Source: Dehalococcoidia bacterium (lineage in GTDB: Bacteria > Chloroflexota > Dehalococcoidia > Bin125). Taken from it: a stretch of DNA of 64,000 bases. The notes under the pieces are model-generated. The model was given only the letters and a program-made list of their open reading frames with translations. It ran no database searches and was not told the DNA's origin. Shown one piece after another: positions 50,470 to 59,882 of the stretch. The position numbers were made by a program, and so were the translations under genes. The DNA is taken from contig OZ242037.1 in the NCBI GenBank assembly GCA_965205165.1, positions 937,619 to 1,001,618 of the forward strand, written 5' to 3'. Within the stretch, counting starts at the first letter, position 1. Each line of letters opens with the position of its first letter.

Positions 50470-51305
50470 AGTACGGCGTCTTCGGGCTGGGCAACGGCAT
50501 CGCCGATCCCGCGTTGATCGCGCGGGCGGCGGCCGCGGCGGAACGGGCCGGGCTCGAATCGCTCTGGCTCGGCGAGCTGATCGCGCTGCCCTCCCCGCGC
50601 ACTCCGCCGACCCCGGAAGAACCGGAAACGCCGTACCTCGACCCGCTCGCGGTGCTCGCCCATCTCGCGGCGGTGACGGAACGGATCAATCTCGGCGCGG
50701 GCGTGGTGATCGCCTCGCAGCGCCATCCGCTGTTCCTCGCCAAGGAAGCGGCCACCGTCGACGTGCTCAGCGGCGGCCGGCTCCTGCTCGGCATCGGCCC
50801 GGGCTACCTGCCCGAACAGTTCGCCTCGCTCGGCATCCCCTTCGCGGAGCGCGGATCGAGGACCGACGAAGCCATCGACGCCGTCCGCGCGCTGTGGTCG
50901 GCGGAGCAGCCGTCGTTCGCGGGGCGGCACTTCCAATTCGACGGCATCGACGCGCATCCGCGCCCGCTGCGCGGGGACGTTCCGATCATCATCGGCGGGC
51001 ATGGCGCTCCCGGACTGCGCCGCGCCGCCCGGCGCGGCAACGGCTGGTTCGGCTGGAAGCTCGACATCGAGCGGACGGAGCGCACCCTCGCCCGCCTGCG
51101 CGGAATCGCCGAACAGTCCGAGCGCCCGGTGCAGCTGGGCATGCTGGAGATCACGATCACGCCGACGGAAGTCCCGACTGTGGCTGAGGCGCGGCACTTC
51201 GCCGACTTGGGCGTCGACCGCCTCGTCCCCGAACTGCCCCGCGACGAGGCCGGGATCTTCCGCACAATCGAGCAGGTCGGCGAACTCGCGGCCGCTACGC
51301 GCTGA
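50466..51305 (+). CDS. LLM-class F420-dependent oxidoreductase
   Basis: MKYGVFGLGNG...SLWLGELIAL...LLGIGPGYLPEQFASLGIPFAERG matches the TIGR03619-like family. Confidence 0.8.
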   Translation: MKYGVFGLGNGIADPALIARAAAAAERAGLESLWLGELIALPSPRTPPTPEEPETPYLDPLAVLAHLAAVTERINLGAGVVIASQRHPLFLAKEAATVDVLSGGRLLLGIGPGYLPEQFASLGIPFAERGSRTDEAIDAVRALWSAEQPSFAGRHFQFDGIDAHPRPLRGDVPIIIGGHGAPGLRRAARRGNGWFGWKLDIERTERTLARLRGIAEQSERPVQLGMLEITITPTEVPTVAEARHFADLGVDRLVPELPRDEAGIFRTIEQVGELAAATR

Positions 51306-52224
51306 TCCGCTCCAGGCAGGCGCGGCCCACGGCCTGCGCCTCTTCCCACGTGTACCAAGGCGGGCTGTCGCCGATCTGCGACCAGATCCGGTGGATGACG
51401 GCGAGCTTGCAGAGCTGGTGCAGCATCCAGTAGCGCAGCTCCCGCGCATCGCGCCCCGAACGTTGCAGCGAGGGCGCGGCAAGCGGCATCTCCTCCGGCG
51501 GGCCGGGTGCACCCTTGAGGGCCGAGAGCGCCGTGATCAGCCCCCAATCGGCGAGCGGATCGCCGAGGTTCGCCTGCTCCCAATCGACCACGCCGACGAT
51601 CTCCTCGCCGCCGACGAGGTAGTTGAAGACGTTGATGTCGCCATGGCAGAGGCGCGGAGCGGGGCTGTCGGGCAGATTCTCGCGGCAGGCGGCGGCGAGT
51701 TCGGCGATGAACGGATCATCGTCACAGGCGAAGGAGCGGGCGCGGGCGGCGATCAGATCGAGGTCGCGCTCGGCCGCCCCGCTGCCGGCGGCGGGAGGAT
51801 CGAGGAAGCCGAGGCCCGCCGCCCGCCAGTCCGCGTCGTGGATGCGGTCGACCATCGCGCGGTACGAGGACATCACCGCCGGCGTCATCACGACCTGCCC
51901 CATGTGCGGCGCGTCGATCCAGGAGAGCACGGCGCAGGGCGCGCCCAGCGCATTCGCGGCGGACTGTCCCAGCACCTCCGGCACGGGCACGTCCGTCCCG
52001 TCCAGGCACGCGATCACCCGCGCCTCGCGGAGCACGTTGTACGGCTGGAAGATGCCCGAATCCCGCTGCAAGCGCAGCACCACCGGCGCGGCTCCGGCCA
52101 ACTCGACGCGCCAAGTCAGGTTCGAGACGCCGCCGTCGAGCCGCTGCGCGGATTCGGCAGCCGCCGGAACGCCGCAGTCGGCGAGCACCTGCGTCGCGAG
52201 CGCCGGGGAGAGTTCGACGTCCAT
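51295..52224 (-). CDS. phosphotransferase-family protein (APH/choline-kinase-like)
   Basis: HGDINVFNYL (catalytic loop) and VVDWEQANLGDPLADWG (DFG-like) are present. Confidence 0.8.
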   Translation of the reverse strand: MDVELSPALATQVLADCGVPAAAESAQRLDGGVSNLTWRVELAGAAPVVLRLQRDSGIFQPYNVLREARVIACLDGTDVPVPEVLGQSAANALGAPCAVLSWIDAPHMGQVVMTPAVMSSYRAMVDRIHDADWRAAGLGFLDPPAAGSGAAERDLDLIAARARSFACDDDPFIAELAAACRENLPDSPAPRLCHGDINVFNYLVGGEEIVGVVDWEQANLGDPLADWGLITALSALKGAPGPPEEMPLAAPSLQRSGRDARELRYWMLHQLCKLAVIHRIWSQIGDSPPWYTWEEAQAVGRACLERISA

Positions 52225-52236
52225 GATGAGCGGAGG

Positions 52237-52665
52237 CTATCCGCCGACCTGCGCGATCGCGTAGGTCACCCGCGCCTTGGCGATCAGCGCGCCGTCCTCG
52301 TTGGTCAGATCCACGTCGCCGACCGCGAGCGAGCGGCCCTTCTTGATCACGTTCGATTCGACCCGCACCAGCTTGCCCACGGCCGGCCGCAGGTAGGAGA
52401 TGTTCAGTTCGCAGGTGCCGCGCATCTGCTCGCCGCGCCGGCAGGTGGTCAGCACCGACGACACGACGGCGATGTCGGCCAAGGTGGCGAGGATGCCGCC
52501 ATGCACCGAGTCGCCCACGCCGCCGCCGACCGCCTTGGTGATCGGCATCTCGAAGACCGTGCGCCCGCGGTCGATCTCGACCAGGCGCTCGCCGTGCATC
52601 GAGGACGCGCCGTAGCGCGCCTGGATCAGCGGCAGCGGGACCAGCCAGTCGGGTTCGTCGGTCAT
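52237..52665 (-). CDS. PaaI-family hotdog-fold thioesterase
   Basis: 142 aa. VHGGILATLADIAVV. Confidence 0.8.
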   Translation of the reverse strand: MTDEPDWLVPLPLIQARYGASSMHGERLVEIDRGRTVFEMPITKAVGGGVGDSVHGGILATLADIAVVSSVLTTCRRGEQMRGTCELNISYLRPAVGKLVRVESNVIKKGRSLAVGDVDLTNEDGALIAKARVTYAIAQVGG

Positions 52666-52687
52666 GCGGCCGTCGGGCGCGGCGGCG

Positions 52688-52804
52688 TCAGCCCTGCCGC
52701 TGCTTGTTGCGCGGGTTGCGCTTGTTGATGATGTAGACGCGCCCCTTGCGGCGGACGATCTGGTCCCCCCGGGCGCGCTTCTTCACCGATGCACGGACCT
52801 TCAC
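52688..52804 (-). CDS. rpmJ: 50S ribosomal protein L36, cysteine-less (zinc-independent C-) paralogue
   Basis: GTG start. [38 protein letters not shown] is 38 aa with the canonical L36 backbone, but all four Zn ligands (3 Cys, 1 His) are replaced. GGAGG RBS upstream. Not in the ORF track because it is under 60 aa. Confidence 0.75.
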   Translation of the reverse strand: MKVRASVKKRARGDQIVRRKGRVYIINKRNPRNKQRQG

Positions 52805-52963
52805 GGCGGAGCCTCCACGGAGCTTGGAATTCATCTAGATGCGGGAACTTACGCTACCACAGGAAGCGCCCGCGACGGCGCGCCGCGCCCGATGCGGGAA
52901 CGTGGTGGAAACTGTGGCTACACTGAATTCCGTGATGATCTTCCACCCGCGGGCGGCTCGCGC

Positions 52964-54232
52964 GTGACGACCTTCGCCGCCGCCCCCCCGTTGCAGATCC
53001 AAGCCGGCGCCCGGATCGCGCCCGACCGCGTGCCCGACCACGTGATCGCCGACCGGGCGGCCGCCGGCGCGATCGCCGAGTCGATCCGCGATCACGGAGT
53101 GATGGGGCTCGACACGGAGTTCATCACCGAACGCAGCTTCCGCCCGCTGCTCGCGCTCGTGCAGGTCTCGACCCCCGAAGGGGCCTGGATCATCGACCCG
53201 CTCGCCGACGGCGCGCCCGACCAGCCGATCTGGGAGTGCATGGCCGATCCGCGCATCACCACGGTCGTCCACGCCCACGAGCAGGAGACGCGCTTCTGCA
53301 TCGCCCGCACCGGCCGCCCGCCGGCCGGGCTGTTCGACGTGCAGCTCGCCGCCGGCTTCGCCGGCCATCGCTTCCCCATCGCCTACGCCGCGCTGGTCGG
53401 CTCCGCGCTCGGCCGCAAGCCCGCCGCCTCGCAGTCGCGCAGCGAGTGGACCCGCCGCCCGCTCTCGCCCGCGCAGCTCGAATACGCCGCGGACGACGTG
53501 CATTGGCTGCTGCCGCTGCACCGCCGGCTCAGCCGCGAACTCAACGCCGGCGGCCGGCTCGGCTGGGCCGCCGAGGAGCTCGAAGCCCGCGTCGAACACG
53601 TCCGCTCCAGCCAGTCCGGCGACCGCGAAGACGCGGAGGCGAAGTGGCGGCGGATGTCCGGGGCGGGCAAGCTCGGCCCCCGCCAGCTGGCCGCGCTGCG
53701 CGAACTGCACGCCTGGCGCAGGTCCGAGGCGGCCCGCGCCGACCTCCCGCTCAAGCGCGTCGCGCGGGACGAGATCCTCGTCGCGGCGGCGGCCGCGCTC
53801 CCGCGCTCGCTCGACGATCTGCTCCGCATCCGCGGCATCGCGGAGCTGCCGCGCCGCTCGCGCCAACCGATCCTCGACGCCGTAGCACGCGCCCTCGCGC
53901 TGCCCGAAGGCGATCTGCCCGAACCGCAGCGCCGCGACCGCGCCGCGACCGGCAAGGCCCTGCGCCGCTTCCTCGAAGCCGTGCTCGAATCCGCCTGCGA
54001 GCGCCACGGCATCGACTCGCGGCTGGTCGGCACGGCCGCCGACCTCAACGCGCTGATCGACCACCGCCTCTCGCCCAACGGGGCCGCCCGCCCGCCGCGG
54101 CTGCTCGCCGGCTGGCGGGGCGAGGTCTGCGGCCGCGAGCTCTGCGACGCCATCGAGGGCCGCGTCGCCCTCCGCATCGACGATCCCCGCGCCGAGCAGC
54201 CGCTCGCCGCCGGCCCCGTCCCGGGCAAGTGA
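52964..54232 (+). CDS. rnd: ribonuclease D (DEDDy 3'-5' exonuclease plus HRDC)
   Basis: GTG start in frame with track ORF 52664..54232. MGLDTEFITERSFRPLLALVQVS (Exo I), YAADDVHWL (Exo III) and an HRDC-like C-terminus. Confidence 0.85.
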   Translation: MTTFAAAPPLQIQAGARIAPDRVPDHVIADRAAAGAIAESIRDHGVMGLDTEFITERSFRPLLALVQVSTPEGAWIIDPLADGAPDQPIWECMADPRITTVVHAHEQETRFCIARTGRPPAGLFDVQLAAGFAGHRFPIAYAALVGSALGRKPAASQSRSEWTRRPLSPAQLEYAADDVHWLLPLHRRLSRELNAGGRLGWAAEELEARVEHVRSSQSGDREDAEAKWRRMSGAGKLGPRQLAALRELHAWRRSEAARADLPLKRVARDEILVAAAAALPRSLDDLLRIRGIAELPRRSRQPILDAVARALALPEGDLPEPQRRDRAATGKALRRFLEAVLESACERHGIDSRLVGTAADLNALIDHRLSPNGAARPPRLLAGWRGEVCGRELCDAIEGRVALRIDDPRAEQPLAAGPVPGK

Positions 54233-55302
54233 CCGCCGCGGCCGCGCCGCCCGCCCCCGTGCTCGCCGCCCGCGCGCTCAGCGCCGGCTACGGCCGCCGC
54301 CGGCGCTCCGTCGTGCTCTCGGACATCGAGCTCGAAGCGCGGCCGGGCGAGCTGATCGCGCTGCTCGGCCGCAACGGCGCCGGCAAGTCGACGCTGCTGC
54401 GCACCCTCGCCGGCCTCCAGAAGCCGCTCGCGGGATGCGTCGAACTGGACGGCCAGCCGCTCTCCCGCCGCAGCCCGGGCGACGCCGCCCGCCGCCTCGC
54501 CGTCGTCCTCACCGACCCGGTCGACGCGGCCCAGCTCACCGCGCTCGACGTCGTCGGCCTCGGCCGCGCGCCGCATTCCGGCTTCTCCGGCCGCCTCTCC
54601 GCGGCGGACGCCGCCGCCGTCCGCCGCGCCTTCGAGCAGGCCGGCGCGGCGCCGCTCGCCGACCGGCAGGTCGCCTCGCTCTCCGACGGCGAGCGCCAGC
54701 GCGTGATGATCGCCCGCGCCCTCGCGCAGGAGCCCGCCGTGCTGCTGCTCGACGAGCCCACCGCCTTCCTCGACCTGCCCGCCCGCGTCGAAACCGCCGC
54801 GCTGCTCCGCCGCCTCGCCCACGACGGCGGCCTCGCCACCGTGATCGCGACCCACGACTTCGACACTGCGCTCCGCCACTGCGACCGCCTCTGGCTGCTC
54901 GGAAGCGGCGACCGCCCCGCCGTCGGCGCGCCCGAAGACCTGGCCTTCAGCGGCGAACTCGCACGGGTCTTCGGCGACCCGGCGCTGCGCTTCGACCCGT
55001 CGGCGATGACCTTCGAGCCGGACGCGGCCCCCGGCATCCCCGTCCACGTATCCGGCGACGGCGCGGCGGCCGGCCTCGCGCGCCTCGCCCTCCGCCGCGC
55101 CGGTTGCTCCGAAGCGCCGACCGCGCACGCCGCGCAATGCCGCGTCGAAGTCGCGGAAACGGCCGGCGGAATCGCCTGGAGCGCCGACGGGCCGGGCCGG
55201 CTTTCGGCGAGCGGGAGCCTGCTTGGTGATCTATCCGCGTTTGCGCGCTACGCTGGTAGGACCTTGCCCGGTAGCTCAATTGGTAGAGCGGGCGGCTGTT
55301 AA
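54229..55302 (+). CDS. ABC transporter ATP-binding protein (FecE/BtuD-like)
   Basis: GTG start overlaps the rnd stop. GRNGAGKST, LSDGERQRV, LLLDEPTAFLD. The apparent C-terminus runs ~38 nt into tRNA-Asn. Track ORF 53236..55302 is an over-extension. Confidence 0.8.
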   Translation: MTAAAAPPAPVLAARALSAGYGRRRRSVVLSDIELEARPGELIALLGRNGAGKSTLLRTLAGLQKPLAGCVELDGQPLSRRSPGDAARRLAVVLTDPVDAAQLTALDVVGLGRAPHSGFSGRLSAADAAAVRRAFEQAGAAPLADRQVASLSDGERQRVMIARALAQEPAVLLLDEPTAFLDLPARVETAALLRRLAHDGGLATVIATHDFDTALRHCDRLWLLGSGDRPAVGAPEDLAFSGELARVFGDPALRFDPSAMTFEPDAAPGIPVHVSGDGAAAGLARLALRRAGCSEAPTAHAAQCRVEVAETAGGIAWSADGPGRLSASGSLLGDLSAFARYAGRTLPGSSIGRAGGC

Positions 55303-55340
55303 CCGCTAGGTTACGGGTTCAAGTCCTGTCCGGGCAGCCA
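55265..55340 (+). tRNA. tRNA-Asn (GTT)
   Basis: Manual cloverleaf: acceptor TGCCCGG/CCGGGCA, D-arm GCTC/GAGC, anticodon stem GGCGG/CCGCT with loop CTGTTAA, T-arm ACGGG-TTCAAGT-CCTGT, 3' GCCA encoded. Confidence 0.8.
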
Positions 55341-55413
55341 CTTCTTCTTTACGGTGCCCGCTGGCGCAGCCAGCCCGGGTGCCGAATCCGAGTGGCGGAG
55401 TGAGTCTGGTGGA

Positions 55414-55487
55414 TGGCTGCCGCGCCAGGGTTCGAACCTGAACTGAGGGATCCAAAGTCCCTAGTGCTACCGTTACACTACGCGGCA
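55414..55487 (-). tRNA. tRNA-Gln (TTG)
   Basis: Reverse complement folds as acceptor TGCCGCG/CGCGGCA, anticodon stem AGGGA/TCCCT with loop CTTTGGA, T-loop TTCGAAC, 3' GCCA. Confidence 0.7.
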
Positions 55488-55505
55488 CGGACGTTCGGAA
55501 TGGGC

Positions 55506-55592
55506 TGGTACCGAGGGCCGGACTCGAACCGGCACGGGCCTGGGCCCAACGGTGTTTGAGACCGTCGCGTCTGCCAATTCCGCCACCTCGGC
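55506..55592 (-). tRNA. tRNA-Leu (CAA), long variable arm
   Basis: Reverse complement GCCGAGGTGGCGGAATTGGCAGACGCGACGGTCTCAAACACCGTTGGGCCCAGGCCCGTGCCGGTTCGAGTCCGGCCCTCGGTACCA. Anticodon loop CTCAAAC. Class II variable arm. Confidence 0.8.
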
Positions 55593-55675
55593 TCTCATTC
55601 CACCCCCAAGCCTACCACCCGAAAGCACCGCCGACGCCTCGCAGATCGGGTACCCTGACCGCCTAGGAGCCCAAT

Positions 55676-56260
55676 ATGCCCGTCGCAACCGCAGATCTCA
55701 AGGCCATCGCCGCCACCGCCACGGAAGCGGTGGCCGACATGGAAGAGGGTGCTCTCAAGGAGATCGCCTTCGCCCGGCTCCTCGACCACCTCTTGGCGGA
55801 TTCAGCACAGCCCGCATGGTCGTTCGACGACTATGGCGACTACACGTTCCGCGATCCGGACAAGGCGATCGTCGACCTCTGGCCGCGCCGCACGGAGCAG
55901 CAGCGGGCAGATGCAGTGGCGCACTACTTCTCAATCGAGCCCGAGCAGGCCGTCGCCGTGTTCGACCTCTGCGGTGACGAGCCCGTGGTGCGCTCCGTGG
56001 AAACTCTCTCATCGCCGCAGCTCGCGCTGATGGTGCTGGGCGTCCGCGCAGCTTTGGGCTTGGATTCCAACGTCGCGGACCTTCGCAAGGCTGCAGCCTG
56101 CCTGGATGCTTCGAGCGTAGATGGCACTTTGTCCTCGCTCGCGGCTGCTGACGAAATCGTCCTCCTGGCCCAAGACGACCGCCGGGACTGCCCCGTCCGT
56201 CTGCAACTTTGCGGACGCGAACATGCAGTGCGCGCCGTGCGGGATTTCCTGAACCCATGA
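55676..56260 (+). CDS. hypothetical protein (194 aa), first gene of a low-GC two-gene module
   Basis: ATG start. GC is lower than the flanks. Its stop overlaps (ATGA) the start of the next gene. Confidence 0.5.
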   Translation: MPVATADLKAIAATATEAVADMEEGALKEIAFARLLDHLLADSAQPAWSFDDYGDYTFRDPDKAIVDLWPRRTEQQRADAVAHYFSIEPEQAVAVFDLCGDEPVVRSVETLSSPQLALMVLGVRAALGLDSNVADLRKAAACLDASSVDGTLSSLAAADEIVLLAQDDRRDCPVRLQLCGREHAVRAVRDFLNP

Positions 56261-56718
56261 CCAGCGAGGAATCCGGCGAGCCGGGACTCCGTTTTGCGGA
56301 CCTCTACGGCGTATCGCGGCACACAGCGGACCTCTTTCATTCGGGATTCCATTCAGAGGCGGTGCGGCACGCGTCCCAAGAGCTGATCAACGAAGTCGGG
56401 CGCTTGGCGGGCAGGAACGACCTCGACGGCGAAGACCTGATGCATCACTCGTTCTCCGAGCAGGACCCTCTTCTCGTCCTGTCGGATCGCCGGACGCTCA
56501 CGGAGCGCGACCAGCACGCCGGATTCCGCTATCTGCTCGCGGGGATGGCCCGCTTCGTTCGGAACGTGCTGACCCACGACCTCAATGTTGAGCTGAGCGA
56601 AGGGGAAGCCTTAGAAACTCTCGCGTTCCTCAGCCTTCTCCGCCGCACTCTCGATCAAGCTCGACCGGCAGCCAGCGCAACGGGGCCGGACTCAAAAGCC
56701 GGTGATGAACGCGGCTAA
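56257..56718 (+). CDS. HEPN-like (Abi_C / TIGR02391-like) protein with Rx4H motif
   Basis: 153 aa from the ATG at 56257, in frame with track ORF 56209..56718. ...FHSEAVRHASQELINEV...GFRYLLAGMARFVRNVLTHDLNVEL contains R-N-V-L-T-H, the Rx4-6H HEPN catalytic signature, in a predicted all-helical protein. Confidence 0.5.
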   Translation: MTSEESGEPGLRFADLYGVSRHTADLFHSGFHSEAVRHASQELINEVGRLAGRNDLDGEDLMHHSFSEQDPLLVLSDRRTLTERDQHAGFRYLLAGMARFVRNVLTHDLNVELSEGEALETLAFLSLLRRTLDQARPAASATGPDSKAGDERG

Positions 56719-58010
56719 GCCTCAACCTCGGACGCCTCCTCCGGTTCGGTCTGATCGGACGGCCCTGTTTGCAGACGGCGGAAGCTGATCAGCTTGATCT
56801 TGCGGTCGTCGGCGTCGCGGATGGTCCAGCGGTGGTTGCGGATGTCGACCGTTTCGCCGGGGCGCGGCAGGCGGTGGAAGTGGTCCAGCAGCATCCCGGC
56901 CGCCGTCTCCGCTTCTTCGCCGGACAGGTCGATCTCGAACTCCGCGGCCAGATCGGTCAGGCTGCGCCGGCCTTCGACCAGCTGCTCGCCGGCGATCCGC
57001 ACGCGCACCGGTTCTTCGCCCGAATCCATCTCGCTGCGGATGTTGCCCACCACCAGCTCCAGGATGTCCTCCAGCGTCACCAGGCCCGACACGTCGCCGA
57101 ACTCGTCCACCAGCAGCATCATGTGATCGCCCGTGGACTGCATCTCCGCCAGCACCCGCTGCACCGAGGCACGCTCCGAATCGATCAGCGCGTTGCGCAT
57201 CACCTCGCGCACCTTCCGCTCGGCGCCGCCTTCGCCCAGCGCCTTCAGCACGTCCGCGCCGTGCAGGTAGCCCACGAACTGCGCCGCTTCGCCGGCCGTC
57301 ACCGGCAGCCGCTGGAAGCCCGCCGCGCCGAACGCGAGCGCGGCCGAGGCCAGCGTCTGCTCCGCGCCGATGCCCGCGATCTGCACCCGCGCCGTCATGA
57401 TCCGCCGCACCTGCGTCTCCGCCAGCCGCAGCGCCCCCAGCAGCACCGACGTGTCCTCCCGCTCCAGCTCCCCGCTCTCCCGCGACAGCGAGATCGCCGT
57501 GCGGATCTCGCCCAAGCTGAGCGCCGTCCGCATCTCCCCCTCGCCGCCGCTGACCAGCCGGATCCACCAGCGCGAGAACGCGTCCAAGCCGTACACCGCC
57601 GGCGCCGAGATCCGCGTCCAGGCCAGCATCGGCAGCGAGTACAGCCGCGCCACCCGCAGGTTGTGGTGCAGCGCCAGCGACTTCGGCCCGATCTCCCCGA
57701 AGATCACCAGCAGCACGGTCACCGCCACCGTCGCGATCACCAGGCCGGCGCCTCCGTCCACCCATTCCGCCACGAGCGCCGTCCCGACCGCCGCCGTGCC
57801 CGTGTTCACGAGGTTGTTGCCCAGCAAAATCGACGCCAGCAGCCGCCGCGGATTCGAGAGCAGCACCGCCACCCGCTCCGCCCCGGGCAGCTTCCGCCGC
57901 CGCTCGTGCTCCAGCCGCACGCCCTCCGCCGAGAGGTAGGCCGTCTCCGCGCTCGAAAAAAGACCAGACAGCATCAGCAGCACCAGCAGCAGCACGATGT
58001 ACAGTTCCAC
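56715..58010 (-). CDS. CNNM/hemolysin-family membrane protein (DUF21 plus CBS pair plus CorC_HlyC)
   Basis: N-terminal TM region (LYIVLLLVLLMLSGLFSSAETA), CBS domains, C-terminal ...TLEDILELVVGNI. Putative GTG start at 58010. Confidence 0.8.
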   Translation of the reverse strand: MELYIVLLLVLLMLSGLFSSAETAYLSAEGVRLEHERRRKLPGAERVAVLLSNPRRLLASILLGNNLVNTGTAAVGTALVAEWVDGGAGLVIATVAVTVLLVIFGEIGPKSLALHHNLRVARLYSLPMLAWTRISAPAVYGLDAFSRWWIRLVSGGEGEMRTALSLGEIRTAISLSRESGELEREDTSVLLGALRLAETQVRRIMTARVQIAGIGAEQTLASAALAFGAAGFQRLPVTAGEAAQFVGYLHGADVLKALGEGGAERKVREVMRNALIDSERASVQRVLAEMQSTGDHMMLLVDEFGDVSGLVTLEDILELVVGNIRSEMDSGEEPVRVRIAGEQLVEGRRSLTDLAAEFEIDLSGEEAETAAGMLLDHFHRLPRPGETVDIRNHRWTIRDADDRKIKLISFRRLQTGPSDQTEPEEASEVEA

Positions 58011-58285
58011 GTCGTCTCCATCCCGCCGGCCCGCCCGCGGCGCCCCGGCCGATTCGTACGGTAGCCTGCGCCCATGCCCGCCCAAACCGAGCCCTTGACT
58101 ATCGCGGCCGCCGCCGAGCGCGCCGGCATCGCCGAGGCGGAGCTCTCGGCCGCCATCGCCTCCGCCGCCGCCGAGGCCGAGCGCCCGACCGCCCGCAGTT
58201 GAACGATCCCCGGGCCTGCGTTGCAGGTCAGCGCGTTCGCCGGCGGCAGGCTCTTCGTCGCGGATCGGGCAGATCGGAACGCCGA

Positions 58286-58972
58286 GTGGACGATCACGCT
58301 CCGCTAGCCGGCCGCTGCCGCCGCGCCGGCGTCATCTTCGACCTCGACGGCACCCTCGCCGACACCGAGCCGCTCGTGATCGGCTGCATGCTCGAAACCA
58401 TCCGCGCCGCCGGCCTGCCCGTCACCAAGCAGCGCCTGCTCGACTTCATCGGCCCGCCCCTGCCGATCATGCTCCACCAGATGTACGAGATCTCCGAAGA
58501 CGACGCGCAGCGCATCTACCGCGACTACCTCGACCGCTATTGGAACCGCTACCTCCCGCGCACCCGGCCGCTGCCCGGCGCGCAGGCGCTGCTCGACGAC
58601 CTCCGCGACGCCCGCGTCCCGCTCGCCCTGGTCACCAACAAACGCGAGGACTCCGGCCGCAAGTCCATCGAAGTGCTCGGCTGGACCGACCGCTTCATCA
58701 CCATCATCGGCGCGAACACCGCATCCGCCGCCAAGCCCGATGCGGCTCCCGTCCGCCATGCGCTCGGCTTCCTCGGCACGGGCGCGGACGAAACCGCCAT
58801 CGTCGGCGACACCGAATCCGACATCGGCGCAGGGCGCAACGCCGGCCTCGCCGAGATCATCGCCCTCGAGGGCGTCCGCGACCGCGAGTTCCTCGAGCAG
58901 CGCGGCGCGACCTTCGTCGCCCGCAATCTGGATGAAGTCCGCGCCCGCCTCTTCGCCGCCCCAGCCTCATAG
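58286..58972 (+). CDS. HAD-family hydrolase (phosphoglycolate-phosphatase-like)
   Basis: GVIFDLDGTLADTE (motif I DxDGT), ...LVTNK..., ...VGDTESDIGAGRNAG (motif IV). GTG start in frame with track ORF 58199..58972. Confidence 0.8.
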   Translation: MDDHAPLAGRCRRAGVIFDLDGTLADTEPLVIGCMLETIRAAGLPVTKQRLLDFIGPPLPIMLHQMYEISEDDAQRIYRDYLDRYWNRYLPRTRPLPGAQALLDDLRDARVPLALVTNKREDSGRKSIEVLGWTDRFITIIGANTASAAKPDAAPVRHALGFLGTGADETAIVGDTESDIGAGRNAGLAEIIALEGVRDREFLEQRGATFVARNLDEVRARLFAAPAS

Positions 58973-59020
58973 CGATCGCTCGCTGCGGCTAGCCTGCGGC
59001 TGAGCGGAACGGAGAACGCC

Positions 59021-59878
59021 ATGGCGCGAGATGGACGGCTGCTGATCGACGGGCTGGTCTTCCCCGAAGGGCCGCGCTGGGTCGAGGACGACGGGCGGCT
59101 CTGGTTCTCCGACATGCACGCGCACGAGGTCGTCGCCGTCTCGCCGGAGGGCGAGCGCGAGACGATCGTCGAAGTGCCCAACCAGCCCTCCGGCCTCGGC
59201 TTCCTGCCGGACGGCCGGCTGCTGGTCGTCTCGATGACCGACCGCCGTCTGCTGCGGCTCGACCCGGACGGCCTCTTCGAGGTCGCCGACCTCTCGCCGC
59301 ATGCGCCGTGGCACTGCAACGACATGGTCGTCGACGCCCGCGGCAACGCCTACGTCGGCAACTTCGGCTTCGACATCACGCCCGGCTCCGGCGCAGCGCT
59401 GCGCACCACGACGATCGTCTTCGTCACCCCCGACGGCGAAGCCTCGGTCGCGGCCGACGACCTGTCGTTCCCCAACGGGACGGTGATCACGCCGGACGGC
59501 AGGACGCTGATCGTCGGCGAATCGCGCGGCCGCAGGCTGACCGCGTTCGACGTGGCGGAGGACGGCTCGCTCTCCAACCGCCGCGTCTGGGCCGACATCG
59601 GCGAACCGCCCGACGGCATCTGCCTCGACGCCGAAAATTGCATCTGGGTCGCCGTGCCCACAAACCCGGGCGCCCTGCTCCGCGTCGCCGAGGGCGGCGA
59701 AATCCTGGAGCGGATCGACGTGCCCGATCGCGGCGTCTACGCCTGCATGCTGGGCGGCCCGCAGCGCAAGACCCTGTTCTCCCTGGAGGCCACCACATCC
59801 AACCCGCAGCCCGGAGACGAGCGGACCGGCCGCATCCGCGCGTTCGAGGTCGAGGTCGGCGGCGCCGGCCTGCCCTAG
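59021..59878 (+). CDS. SMP-30/gluconolactonase/LRE-family beta-propeller protein
   Basis: LVFPEGPRWVEDDGRLWFSDMHAHEV...PNG...DG... repeats. Confidence 0.8.
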   Translation: MARDGRLLIDGLVFPEGPRWVEDDGRLWFSDMHAHEVVAVSPEGERETIVEVPNQPSGLGFLPDGRLLVVSMTDRRLLRLDPDGLFEVADLSPHAPWHCNDMVVDARGNAYVGNFGFDITPGSGAALRTTTIVFVTPDGEASVAADDLSFPNGTVITPDGRTLIVGESRGRRLTAFDVAEDGSLSNRRVWADIGEPPDGICLDAENCIWVAVPTNPGALLRVAEGGEILERIDVPDRGVYACMLGGPQRKTLFSLEATTSNPQPGDERTGRIRAFEVEVGGAGLP

Positions 59879-59882
59879 CCCG

